Assembly (NCBI GenBank): GCA_963789265.1
Contig: CAWBKB010000003.1
Coordinates: 480,001-544,000 of the forward strand
DNA length: 64,000 nucleotides
Origin: an uncultured delta proteobacterium
Lineage (GTDB): Bacteria > Desulfobacterota > Desulfomonilia > Desulfomonilales > Desulfomonilaceae
Direction of reading: 5' to 3'
Shown here: positions 31,772 through 40,183 of the stretch, piece by piece
How the letters are laid out: each line of letters begins with the position of its first letter
How positions within the stretch are numbered: position 1 is the stretch's first letter
Notes under the pieces: generated by a model
What the model saw: only the letters and a program-made list of their open reading frames with translations
The model's database searches: none
Told to the model about the DNA's origin: nothing
Translations under genes and position numbers: made by a program

Positions 31772-32296
31772 ATGAGAGAACGTGCCGGTCTGGTTACGAT
31801 GAGGGGAAATCCTGTAACCTTGCAAGGAGAAGAGATCAAAGTAGGGAACCCGGCCCCGGATTTTGTTGTTCTTGCAAATGATCTCAAGCCTGTGCAATTT
31901 TCTTCTTTTCAGGGCAAAATTTGTGTAATTTCATCTGTCCCGTCACTCGATACGCCGGTTTGTCATGCCTCCACCGTGAGGTTCAACCAGGAAGCGAGTC
32001 GTCTTGACCCGGGCGTAGAAATCCTTATCATCAGCATGGATCTGCCTTTTGCCCAAAAGCGCTGGTGCACTGCAACCGGAGTACGCGAGGTGAATACCCT
32101 TTCAGACCATAGGGATGGTTCCTTCGGAACCGCATACGGCGTGTTGATCAAGGACCTGCGTTTGTTGGCCAGGGCAGTCTTTGTCATTGACCGAGGCGGG
32201 ATAGTACAGTACGTCGAATTGGTGAAGGAGATCGCAGAAGAACCCGATTTCGAGGCCGTACTTGGAGTGGTGAAGAAACTGGCCTCGCAACCATAA
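31772..32296 (+). CDS. tpx: Thiol peroxidase
   Basis: SVPSLDTPVC, SMDLPFAQKRWC, LARAVFVID. Confidence 0.95.
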   Translation: MRERAGLVTMRGNPVTLQGEEIKVGNPAPDFVVLANDLKPVQFSSFQGKICVISSVPSLDTPVCHASTVRFNQEASRLDPGVEILIISMDLPFAQKRWCTATGVREVNTLSDHRDGSFGTAYGVLIKDLRLLARAVFVIDRGGIVQYVELVKEIAEEPDFEAVLGVVKKLASQP

Positions 32297-32314
32297 TATC
32301 AACGGAGGTTGAAT

Positions 32315-32770
32315 ATGCAGCAATGGAAATCAGTAGACGAGATTCTCGACTTTGCAATCAGCCGTGAAGAAGAAGCGGCCGAATTCTACACTGACTTGGC
32401 GGGCCGCATGGACAGGCCGTGGATGAGTCAAATTTTCAAGGAGTTCGCTAAAGAAGAGATGTGGCACAAGAGCAAGCTGGTGGACATCAAATCCGGTCAG
32501 CGTCTGCTACCCGCAGAAAAGAAGATTTTGGATTTGAAAATCGGCGACTATCTTGTTGACGTGGAGCCTACCGATCGCATGGATTACCAGCAGGCTCTGG
32601 TCGTAGCCATGAAAAAGGAGAAAAAAGCATTCAAAATGTACATCGATCTTGCCGGCGCTACCGACGACGCCAATCTACAGACCGTGTTCATGTCCCTCGC
32701 GCAAGAGGAAGCAAAGCACAAACTCCGATTTGAAATCGAATATGACGATTATGTCCTGACCGACAACTAA
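32315..32770 (+). CDS. Ferritin-like / erythrin-type diiron protein
   Basis: AISREEEAAEFY, EEMWH, EEAKH; no rubredoxin domain. Confidence 0.9.
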   Translation: MQQWKSVDEILDFAISREEEAAEFYTDLAGRMDRPWMSQIFKEFAKEEMWHKSKLVDIKSGQRLLPAEKKILDLKIGDYLVDVEPTDRMDYQQALVVAMKKEKKAFKMYIDLAGATDDANLQTVFMSLAQEEAKHKLRFEIEYDDYVLTDN

Positions 32771-32803
32771 GACCGGTTTCGGCAGTCCGTAACCGAGGCG
32801 GCA

Positions 32804-33865
32804 ATGAACAAAAAGAAGATACTCACCGCGGTGATCGCATTGGCCGCCCTGGTTCTCATCCTGGTTTGGGTGCAAGGCGGCTTCCACTCAAAGGTGCCCG
32901 GAGGTAGAACGATACCACCTCCGGAAAAGGCACTACGGGTGAAAACTGTAAAGGCATCAATCAGTCGGACGGAAGGCGAAGTCACGGTCTCGGGCACCGC
33001 GGCTGCGCGGGAGAGCGCTCGCGTTGCTTCACGTGTTCAAGGCTACGTGATTGAGCTGAATGTGGATGCGGGCGATCACGTGAAGAAAGGTCAGGTGCTC
33101 CTGCGTCTCGACTCCAAGGAAATGGTCGAGCGGGAAGCCCAGGCCAAAGCGGCTCAGGAAAGCGCGACTGCCGACCTGGTGAAGGCTCGGAACGATTTCG
33201 AGCGCTACAAGGTGCTCTTTGAAAAGCAATCGATAGCAAAGAAAGATTACGACGACGCATTGGCCAAATATGATGTAGCCCAGGCCGCTGAAGCACGGGC
33301 CAAGGCGGCCCTCGACGAAGCGAAGACGCTCCTTTCGTACACCATTGTCACCGCGCCCTTTGACGGCGTTGTCGGGGAAAAGAACGTTAACCTCGGTGAC
33401 CTGGCCACACCGGGACGTCAACTCTTAACCATATACACCCCCGGCTCACTCGAACTGGTGGCGCCCGTGGGGGAGCAATACGCCCCTTATCTCAAGGCTG
33501 GCACCTCGGTGACGCTTGAAGTGCCATCCATCTCACTGAAACAGACTGCATCCATACGGGAAGTGGTGCCTCAGCGGCAGGAGAAGACTCGGACGATTAC
33601 AGTCAAGACGCCGCTCACGGAAACGCCGGGCCTGGCTCCAGGACTTTATGGAACGCTCACGTTCAACACACGCCCGTCAGAAGTTATTGTGATTCCGTCT
33701 GAAGCCGTTAAGGTAATCGGTCAGTTGGAGACTGTAAGAGTCGTCGAAAACGGAACCGTAAAGATCCGACACGTGAGGACAGGTCGCAAACTGGGTGGCG
33801 GCAAGGTAGAAATTCTGTCCGGACTTAACCCGGGTGAAGAGGTGGTCATCGGCTCGGATGCATGA
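32804..33865 (+). CDS. RND efflux periplasmic adaptor (MFP)
   Basis: N-terminal anchor, GDHVKKGQVL, coiled coil, TAPFDGVV, EILSGLNPGE. Confidence 0.92.
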   Translation: MNKKKILTAVIALAALVLILVWVQGGFHSKVPGGRTIPPPEKALRVKTVKASISRTEGEVTVSGTAAARESARVASRVQGYVIELNVDAGDHVKKGQVLLRLDSKEMVEREAQAKAAQESATADLVKARNDFERYKVLFEKQSIAKKDYDDALAKYDVAQAAEARAKAALDEAKTLLSYTIVTAPFDGVVGEKNVNLGDLATPGRQLLTIYTPGSLELVAPVGEQYAPYLKAGTSVTLEVPSISLKQTASIREVVPQRQEKTRTITVKTPLTETPGLAPGLYGTLTFNTRPSEVIVIPSEAVKVIGQLETVRVVENGTVKIRHVRTGRKLGGGKVEILSGLNPGEEVVIGSDA

Positions 33866-33998
33866 TCCGATGATGTAGCGTGCCTGCATACGGCCGACCA
33901 TGAGCCGCGAAGCCCATGAGAGTTGAAGCTGAAAACGAAAAAATGATTTCAGATCCCTGGTAAACTCACCCAGAATAAGATGCCTCCCGGCCATCACA

Positions 33999-34184
33999 TC
34001 AGGTTGCGCAGCCCTCAGAGAAAAACTGCTCGGCAACAGACCTATCACGCTCCTCATTCAACGCGTCTTCTATCTCAGCCAACATTCCCGGCTGGTAATT
34101 AATGCACAGGGCTTCATCCAACTCCTCGCCAAAGCATATACGAGTTCCTGAGAATTCTCTCCGAACTTCTTCTTCCGCGGCCAT
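33999..34184 (-). CDS. Small acidic hypothetical protein
   Basis: 61-aa ORF with a strong AAGGAG RBS. Confidence 0.5.
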   Translation of the reverse strand: MAAEEEVRREFSGTRICFGEELDEALCINYQPGMLAEIEDALNEERDRSVAEQFFSEGCAT

Positions 34185-34356
34185 TGTCCGATCTCCTTTC
34201 CTCGAACAAGAAATTCACTCCACACATATTGATGCACAAAAAGTCCGGCGGATGCGCAAAATTTGATTCCTCACCGCAATATTTTTGATGCGGACGTCCA
34301 GAAACACCGCTTTCCCGATGCTCGATTCTTCCAAATCGCGTGGCAGCGCAGAGAGG

Positions 34357-34662
34357 CTATTCCTCAGCTCCTTTGTAAACGAACACGTATTCTTCGTTGT
34401 TAATGTCCACCGAAATATCCGCGCCGCGTGATTCCGCGTATACCAGCCAAGTCGGTTTTTCGGTTCCGCAGCACGTTACATCGGGCGAGAATTTCCCATT
34501 CTTTCTGTCGAACCATGCGAGCAACATGGGATCTGAGGACAGCTCTCGGGCCTTGTGGTCGGCTAGGGCCTTGGCGTTCAGAAAGTCCAAGAATTTGTCA
34601 TGCACCCTCACCATAACCGGATGGCTGAGCATGTGTTCAGTTACGTACCTGCAATCCATCAT
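34357..34662 (-). CDS. AF1514-like small protein
   Basis: PMLLAWFDR...FSPDVTCC...KPTWLVYAESRG...DINNEEYVFVY; GAGGAGG RBS. Confidence 0.75.
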   Translation of the reverse strand: MMDCRYVTEHMLSHPVMVRVHDKFLDFLNAKALADHKARELSSDPMLLAWFDRKNGKFSPDVTCCGTEKPTWLVYAESRGADISVDINNEEYVFVYKGAEE

Positions 34663-34801
34663 GGAGACCTCCTCGTGTATGCCCTGAAGCCACTTATCTG
34701 TTGCTTCGAACAAGCGGCGAATCTTGATCGGTTCAACCGTCTTACACTCTCTTAGTCACAGAACTATCGATTTCAAAGGACAGCCTGCGCGCTTGCACGA
34801 T

Positions 34802-34877
34802 GAAACTGTCTCAAAATCGGTTTTGCAAGAAAATCGTGGCACGATTCTGGGCATTGAAACTGTTTTGGGACAGTTTC
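34802..34877. mobile_element. 76-bp MITE-like element
   Basis: Terminal inverted repeats GAAACTGTCTCAAAA / TTTTGGGACAGTTTC (14/15 match); followed by a REP half, CGGGCAAGATGCCCACCCTAC. Confidence 0.6.
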
Positions 34878-35201
34878 AGATGCCCACACTACTCAATCGG
34901 CGGGCAAGATGCCCACCCTACTGAATTGGCGGGCAATCCCACGCTTCGCGGGACCACCCTACTGTTGAGGGGGAATGTCGTGCCCACAAAGTCATTTGCG
35001 ATATCCGCCGGTACTTTCGAGAGCTGCTAAAGGCTACATGTTCATCTCCCCGTGCGGATCTTGTTCCACAGTCCAGTGGGGTAGGTTCCACATCTCCCGT
35101 GATGCATTGGGTCGGCCCTTGCCGCCCTAGAATATCCCGTTTGATGGCCGAACGGCCCTAACAACAGGCCAATGAGCCGACCTGTCGCCTCGTTTCTGTC
35201 T

Positions 35202-35217
35202 TGGCACATGATTTGCT
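35202..35217 (+). promoter_or_regulatory. Sigma54 promoter
   Basis: TGGCACATGATTTGCT, 100 bp upstream of ORF 35317. Confidence 0.75.
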
Positions 35218-35316
35218 ACTGAATTAGTCGGAAATATCGTCTGACGTTTATTTCGTAATGTTAAAGGAGGCCAAGGTCGGCACGAAAATGCGCAATCCCG
35301 GTCAAGGGGACCTCGG

Positions 35317-36054
35317 ATGAAGAAGATAAGAGTTAATGCAAACGCAATCGTTGACGATATTAGAATGGGTTTGGACCTGAAAAGCCTCATGGAGAAACAC
35401 GGCCTGTCGTATCGTAACTTGCTCAAGGTGCTGGGCCGCCTCCAGGAAAAAGGATGGATCACGCGGGGAGATCTCGGGCACTTGAATTTAGCGGAGGGTT
35501 CCGAGCAAAGTACAGTTCCGGCCAAAGAATTTCTGGTCTCTTTTCGAAGCCGACCTGACGACTTTCACTTGATGGATACGTTTCGACTGACTCCTAAAGC
35601 CCTGCGAAAGATGTACGAAAAGCTCATCCAAGCAGGATTGCTGTCGGAATACGAGTATCATTGCAGAGATAGAAAAGCTCCCGAACTGGAAGAGCATTTT
35701 GTCAATAATGTCTCTGAAGCTTCCACAGAGGTAACTCTATTGAAAAGTGATGGAGGGTGGGGAGTCTGGGGAGACGACGAAACCACCGGACGAGCGGTCC
35801 TGTGTACAAATGACATACACGTGGACAACCCCCGTGGAAGCGTACTTCCGGGCCGGCGATCGGGAGTCTCTACCACGAGCGTAGGCACTGAGCCCAAGGA
35901 GACTACTCCCGAAATCTGCCCGCGATGCGGTTGTCCGTCGCACCCGTCTTCACCGGACGCGTGCCCCCGGTGCGGGGTAGTTTTTTCCAAGCTCGAGCGG
36001 GTGCCTTCGGACAAACGAATTCCCATTTGGCAATTGGATTACGGTATCCGTTAG
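35317..36054 (+). CDS. Hypothetical protein: two small HTH-like repeats and a C-terminal Zn ribbon
   Basis: LMEKHGLS..L.KVL..L...GWI resembles LMDTFRLT..AL.KMY..L...GLL; CPRC...CPRC. Confidence 0.75.
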   Translation: MKKIRVNANAIVDDIRMGLDLKSLMEKHGLSYRNLLKVLGRLQEKGWITRGDLGHLNLAEGSEQSTVPAKEFLVSFRSRPDDFHLMDTFRLTPKALRKMYEKLIQAGLLSEYEYHCRDRKAPELEEHFVNNVSEASTEVTLLKSDGGWGVWGDDETTGRAVLCTNDIHVDNPRGSVLPGRRSGVSTTSVGTEPKETTPEICPRCGCPSHPSSPDACPRCGVVFSKLERVPSDKRIPIWQLDYGIR

Positions 36055-36216
36055 ATGAGCTTCTTGGAAAAGTCGCGGAAGATTATTACTGATTCGAGCC
36101 TGCACATCAAATTGCATATCCGCCCGGAAAAAATAGCGTCGGAACACCAGGGTCCGATCGGCAAATTCGACAATGGAGTGCAGCGTGTCTGAAAGCGGCT
36201 GTTATGGAAAGCGTGA

Positions 36217-37317
36217 TTATCGAGTCCGATTTTTTGCATCCAGGACCGGAATGCTTTCCCCGGTCAACTTACGGACCTCATTTAATAAGGCAGGCAACAA
36301 CTCCTCTTCTTCGTAAGTACCCATGCTTTCACCCTTCTTGAACAGTATGCCCCGGCCTCGCCCGCCCGCGATGCCGATGTCAGCTTCTCGTGCTTCGCCG
36401 GGCCCGTTTACCACACAGCCCATGACTGCGACCTTCAGCGGAGTTCTGACGCGGATGAGCGCCTTTTCGACTTTTCGAGCCAGTCCCATGAGGTCTATTT
36501 CCGTTCGGGAGCATGTTGGGCAGGAGATCACCTCAACCCCCCTGCGGCGGATTCCCAGGGCTCTCAGGATTGAATATGCGACCCGGATCTCCTCGACAGG
36601 CGCAGCAGTCAGGGAGACCCGAATTGTATCCCCGATTCCGTCTGCCAGCAGAATCCCTATGCCTACGGCCGATTTTACGGCTCCGGGGACCAGGGTTCCG
36701 GCCTCGGTAATGCCCACGTGGAGCGGGTAGTCCACCCGTTCGGACAAAATTCTGTACGTGTCCACGGTTCGGCTGACATCGGATGCTTTAAGAGAAATCT
36801 TGATTAGATAAAAGTTCTCTTTTTCCAGGATTGCTACGTGTTCCAGGGCGCTCTCAACCATGGCTTCAGCGGTAGCCCCTGAGTGCTTCCTCAGTAGTTC
36901 CTTCTGCAGCGATCCTGCGTTGACTCCGATCCGAATGGGAACGGCACGTTCCGCTGCGGCTTTGGTGATCTCGCGGACTTTGTGGCTTTCTCCAATGTTA
37001 CCTGGGTTGAGTCGGAGGCCGTCAACCCCCTGTCGAAGTGCCTCCAGGGCAAGCCGATAATCGAAATGAATATCCGCCACCAGCGGTATGCTTATCTTTT
37101 CTCTTACCGTCCCGAGGGCAACCGCTGCAGCCATGTCGGGCACGCCGAGACGTATGACCTCGCATCCCACGTCCTCAAGGCGCCGAATCTGGCGAATGGT
37201 GGCTTTTGCGTCCCGGGTGTCAGTGTTTGTCATGGATTGCACGGCAATGGGAGCCCCATCGCCTATGGGAACGTTGCCTATGAGGACTCTTCGTGTCTTT
37301 CGTCGATGAATATTCAT
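36217..37317 (-). CDS. ispG: HMBPP synthase
   Basis: VQSMTNTDT, LVADIHF, RIGVNAGSL, SCPTCSR, AVMGCVVNGPGE. Confidence 0.97.
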   Translation of the reverse strand: MNIHRRKTRRVLIGNVPIGDGAPIAVQSMTNTDTRDAKATIRQIRRLEDVGCEVIRLGVPDMAAAVALGTVREKISIPLVADIHFDYRLALEALRQGVDGLRLNPGNIGESHKVREITKAAAERAVPIRIGVNAGSLQKELLRKHSGATAEAMVESALEHVAILEKENFYLIKISLKASDVSRTVDTYRILSERVDYPLHVGITEAGTLVPGAVKSAVGIGILLADGIGDTIRVSLTAAPVEEIRVAYSILRALGIRRRGVEVISCPTCSRTEIDLMGLARKVEKALIRVRTPLKVAVMGCVVNGPGEAREADIGIAGGRGRGILFKKGESMGTYEEEELLPALLNEVRKLTGESIPVLDAKNRTR

Positions 37318-37525
37318 TGTTGTGGAAGAATGAGGGTCGCTAAAAGCTCATGATATTGGTTCGCGGTCATGCAATGAAGAATTCGCCAAATCCCACACGG
37401 ACCCGCCAAAGCCTCCCGCGGGACTCGGGATGGCACCCAGGCAAATGACTTGATGGGGCGGGCATCTTGCGGGACGGTCCCGCGAGGCGCGGGACTGCCC
37501 ATCCATCAGCGACAGGCTAGAAGCC

Positions 37526-37679
37526 CATAGGCGTTAAAATAACGAGCCTGCCCTCTGTGAGCCCTGTAGGGGCTCAATGATAGTAGCCCGGCAATTCATT
37601 GCCGGGTGGCCGATAAGCAATGATTCAATCTTCGTCCCCGAGGGACGAAGAGGACTTGAAGCTTATTTTAACGCCTACG
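37526..37679. mobile_element. 154-bp MITE with 17-bp inverted repeats and 11-bp target duplication, inserted in a REP
   Basis: CATAGGCGTTAAAATAA / TTATTTTAACGCCTACG (16/17 match), flanked by GGCTAGAAGCC at 37515-37525 and 37680-37690. Confidence 0.85.
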
Positions 37680-37770
37680 GGCTAGAAGCCTGTCCCACCA
37701 ATCCTAGGTCGGTCCCGAGTTTGGCGGGGTTCCATACGCGGTAATTCGTATTGCCTTTCAAGAAATGCAC

Positions 37771-38781
37771 TCAGCGGTTGCCGTACCATTTCTCATAATA
37801 AGTGAGGTACTCCCCTGTTTTGATCCGCTGCCACCACGCTTCGTGCTCCAAGTACCATTGCAAGGTTTGGTTCATCCCCTCCGCAAAACCGATGGAGGGC
37901 CCCCAGCCCAGATCTCGTCTCAATTTGGAAGCATCCATCGCGTATCTTCGGTCGTGCCCCGGCCTGTCAGTGACAAAGCGTATCAAGGATTCGGGCTTGC
38001 CAAGTCTTGTAAGAATGAGTCGGACAATGTCCAGGTTGGGAAATTCGGAATTCCCGCCAATATTGTAAACCTCGCCTGCTAACCCTTTGCGCAGGATAGT
38101 ATCTATTGCGCGACAATGGTCCTTAACATGTATCCAATCTCGCACGTTCATCCCGTCCCCGTACACCGGCAATTCTTTGTTCTGCAGAGCATTGGTGATC
38201 ATGAGAGGTATCAGCTTTTCGGGAAACTGATACGGACCGTAATTGTTCGAGCAGCGTGTTATCACTGCATCCAGACCGTAAGTTTTGTGATAGGAACGAA
38301 CCAGCAAATCGGCGGCGGCCTTCGACGCGGCATAAGGGCTGTTCGGAACCAGGTGGCATGTCTCGGTGAAAGCGCCTTTGGAATCGAGCGAGCCGTAAAC
38401 CTCATCTGTAGAAATTTGAACGAAGCGGCTGACACCATACTCGCGACACGCATCCAAGAGCACCTGCGTCCCGCAAATGTTTGTGACCACGAAAGCCGAG
38501 CAGTCCATTATGGAGCGATCCACATGGGATTCAGCGGCAAAATTGATTATCGCGTCCGGCTTTTCACAAACCAGCGACGACACCGCTTTCTTGTCTGTAA
38601 TGTTCCCTCGGATGAAACGGTGGCGCTCACCATAAGGCGCCGCATCTTGAAGATTCTCCAGGTTTCCGGCGTACGTGAGGAGATCCAGGTTGCAAATGCT
38701 TAGGTCAGGATATGATTCGAGCATGTGCATAATGAAATTAGAGCCGATAAAACCGCAGCCCCCTGTTACCAGTATCCGCAT
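37771..38781 (-). CDS. rfbB: dTDP-glucose 4,6-dehydratase
   Basis: TGGCGFIG, LTYAGN, AAESHVDRSI, STDEVYG, YAASK, DRPGHDRRY. Confidence 0.96.
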   Translation of the reverse strand: MRILVTGGCGFIGSNFIMHMLESYPDLSICNLDLLTYAGNLENLQDAAPYGERHRFIRGNITDKKAVSSLVCEKPDAIINFAAESHVDRSIMDCSAFVVTNICGTQVLLDACREYGVSRFVQISTDEVYGSLDSKGAFTETCHLVPNSPYAASKAAADLLVRSYHKTYGLDAVITRCSNNYGPYQFPEKLIPLMITNALQNKELPVYGDGMNVRDWIHVKDHCRAIDTILRKGLAGEVYNIGGNSEFPNLDIVRLILTRLGKPESLIRFVTDRPGHDRRYAMDASKLRRDLGWGPSIGFAEGMNQTLQWYLEHEAWWQRIKTGEYLTYYEKWYGNR

Positions 38782-38789
38782 GAATGACC

Positions 38790-39281
38790 TCAGCCGTCCT
38801 TTCTCGACCAATCGTACGGAATGCCTCCCTCATGTGGGTCCGTCCGGTATTCGTCGGGCTCTTGACGATTGTAAGGTTGAGACGGAATGTTGATCACATA
38901 AGCTTCGCGCTCACCGATACATTTCCAGCCATGGTATACACCCGCAGGAATGACAATCAAGCAGGGCTTATGATCGCCTGAATATAATTCATTCAAAAGG
39001 CCGCGGGTGGGAGAACCTTCACGGTCATCATACAAGACCGCCTTGACCATACCGCGGACGCACGTGAAGCGATCTTCCTGAACCTTGTGGTAGTGCCATG
39101 CCTTGACCACGCCCGGAAACACGGTGCTTAGATAGACTTGGCCGAAACCGCTGAAGAAAGGATCGTCGCACCTCATAATCTCCATGAGGCGCCCGCGTTC
39201 GTCGGGTATGACTTTCAGGGGCTGTACGACGACGCCCTGTATTAAATCGGAATCGGGTGGTTTGAATTTCTGCCGCTGCAT
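38790..39281 (-). CDS. rfbC: dTDP-4-dehydrorhamnose 3,5-epimerase family
   Basis: DERGRLME, VVKAWHYH, IPAGVYHG; lies between rfbA and rfbB. Confidence 0.88.
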   Translation of the reverse strand: MQRQKFKPPDSDLIQGVVVQPLKVIPDERGRLMEIMRCDDPFFSGFGQVYLSTVFPGVVKAWHYHKVQEDRFTCVRGMVKAVLYDDREGSPTRGLLNELYSGDHKPCLIVIPAGVYHGWKCIGEREAYVINIPSQPYNRQEPDEYRTDPHEGGIPYDWSRKDG

Positions 39282-39289
39282 TGTTCGAT

Positions 39290-40018
39290 TCAAGCCTTGT
39301 TGGCTCCGCCCTGTGCCACCCAGTTGGATGCCTTGAGAAGGGAATCGAACGTGCCTGCGTCTGTCCACCAACCGTCTAACAGGGACCAGGTTATGGTACC
39401 CTGGTCGATGTACATGTTATTTACATCTGTAATTTCCAACTCTCCTCGTTCGGATGGCGAGAGAGTTTTGATAAATTCAAAAACCTGAGAATCATACATG
39501 TAGATCCCGGTGACAGCATACTGCGAAGCAGGATTGGCAGGCTTTTCTTCGATTTTCACCACACGGTCGCCATTGAGCACTGGTACACCGAATCTTCGAG
39601 GGTCTTCGACCTCCTTGAAGAGGATCTTCGCCCCCTGCGGTTGGCGCTTGTAGTCCTCTACGGCCGAGATTATGTTCTTCTCTATCAGGTTGTCCCCCAA
39701 TACCACGCAGATTTTTCCGCGAGCCGCGTGGTTTTCGGCCAGAGCGAGAGCATCGGCTATTCCACCGTTACCCTCTTGATAGGCGTAGTTGATTTGATCT
39801 ACACCAAGTTCTTTTCCGTTGCCCAGGAGGCGCAGGAAGTCACCTGGGTTGTTGCCGCCGGTAACCACCAGAATATCCTTGATCCCTGCTTTCACAAGGC
39901 ATTCTATGGGATACGTAATCATCGGTCTGTCGTAAACGGGGAGAAGGTGCTTGTTGGTAATCTTGGTCAAGGGGTACAGCCTTGTTCCAAGTCCTCCAGC
40001 TAATACTACGCCCTTCAT
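39290..40018 (-). CDS. rfbA: Glucose-1-phosphate thymidylyltransferase (short form)
   Basis: LAGGLGTRLYPLT, NKHLLPVYD, EEKP, RGELEITD, WTDAGT. Confidence 0.92.
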   Translation of the reverse strand: MKGVVLAGGLGTRLYPLTKITNKHLLPVYDRPMITYPIECLVKAGIKDILVVTGGNNPGDFLRLLGNGKELGVDQINYAYQEGNGGIADALALAENHAARGKICVVLGDNLIEKNIISAVEDYKRQPQGAKILFKEVEDPRRFGVPVLNGDRVVKIEEKPANPASQYAVTGIYMYDSQVFEFIKTLSPSERGELEITDVNNMYIDQGTITWSLLDGWWTDAGTFDSLLKASNWVAQGGANKA

Positions 40019-40183
40019 GCGGTACTCCCTTGAAGCACAATTGGCGCATGATCCTACCATTGAGAGATGCGTTAGTCAAATCCCGGTTCTTCACCGAATC
40101 CGGGGCAGCACCGCGCCGATCCCAAGGACGGTCGTCGCAGTGCTGTCAGCTTGACCGGCAAGGGACGCCGACTCTTCAAGAAT

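Noticed and set aside
37455..37700. CRISPR array or structured ncRNA
   Set aside because: No regularly spaced identical repeats; inverted repeats plus target duplication indicate a MITE.
37771..40018. rml cluster lacking rmlD as a novel sugar pathway
   Set aside because: rmlD is often encoded elsewhere; no other sugar-modifying genes are adjacent.
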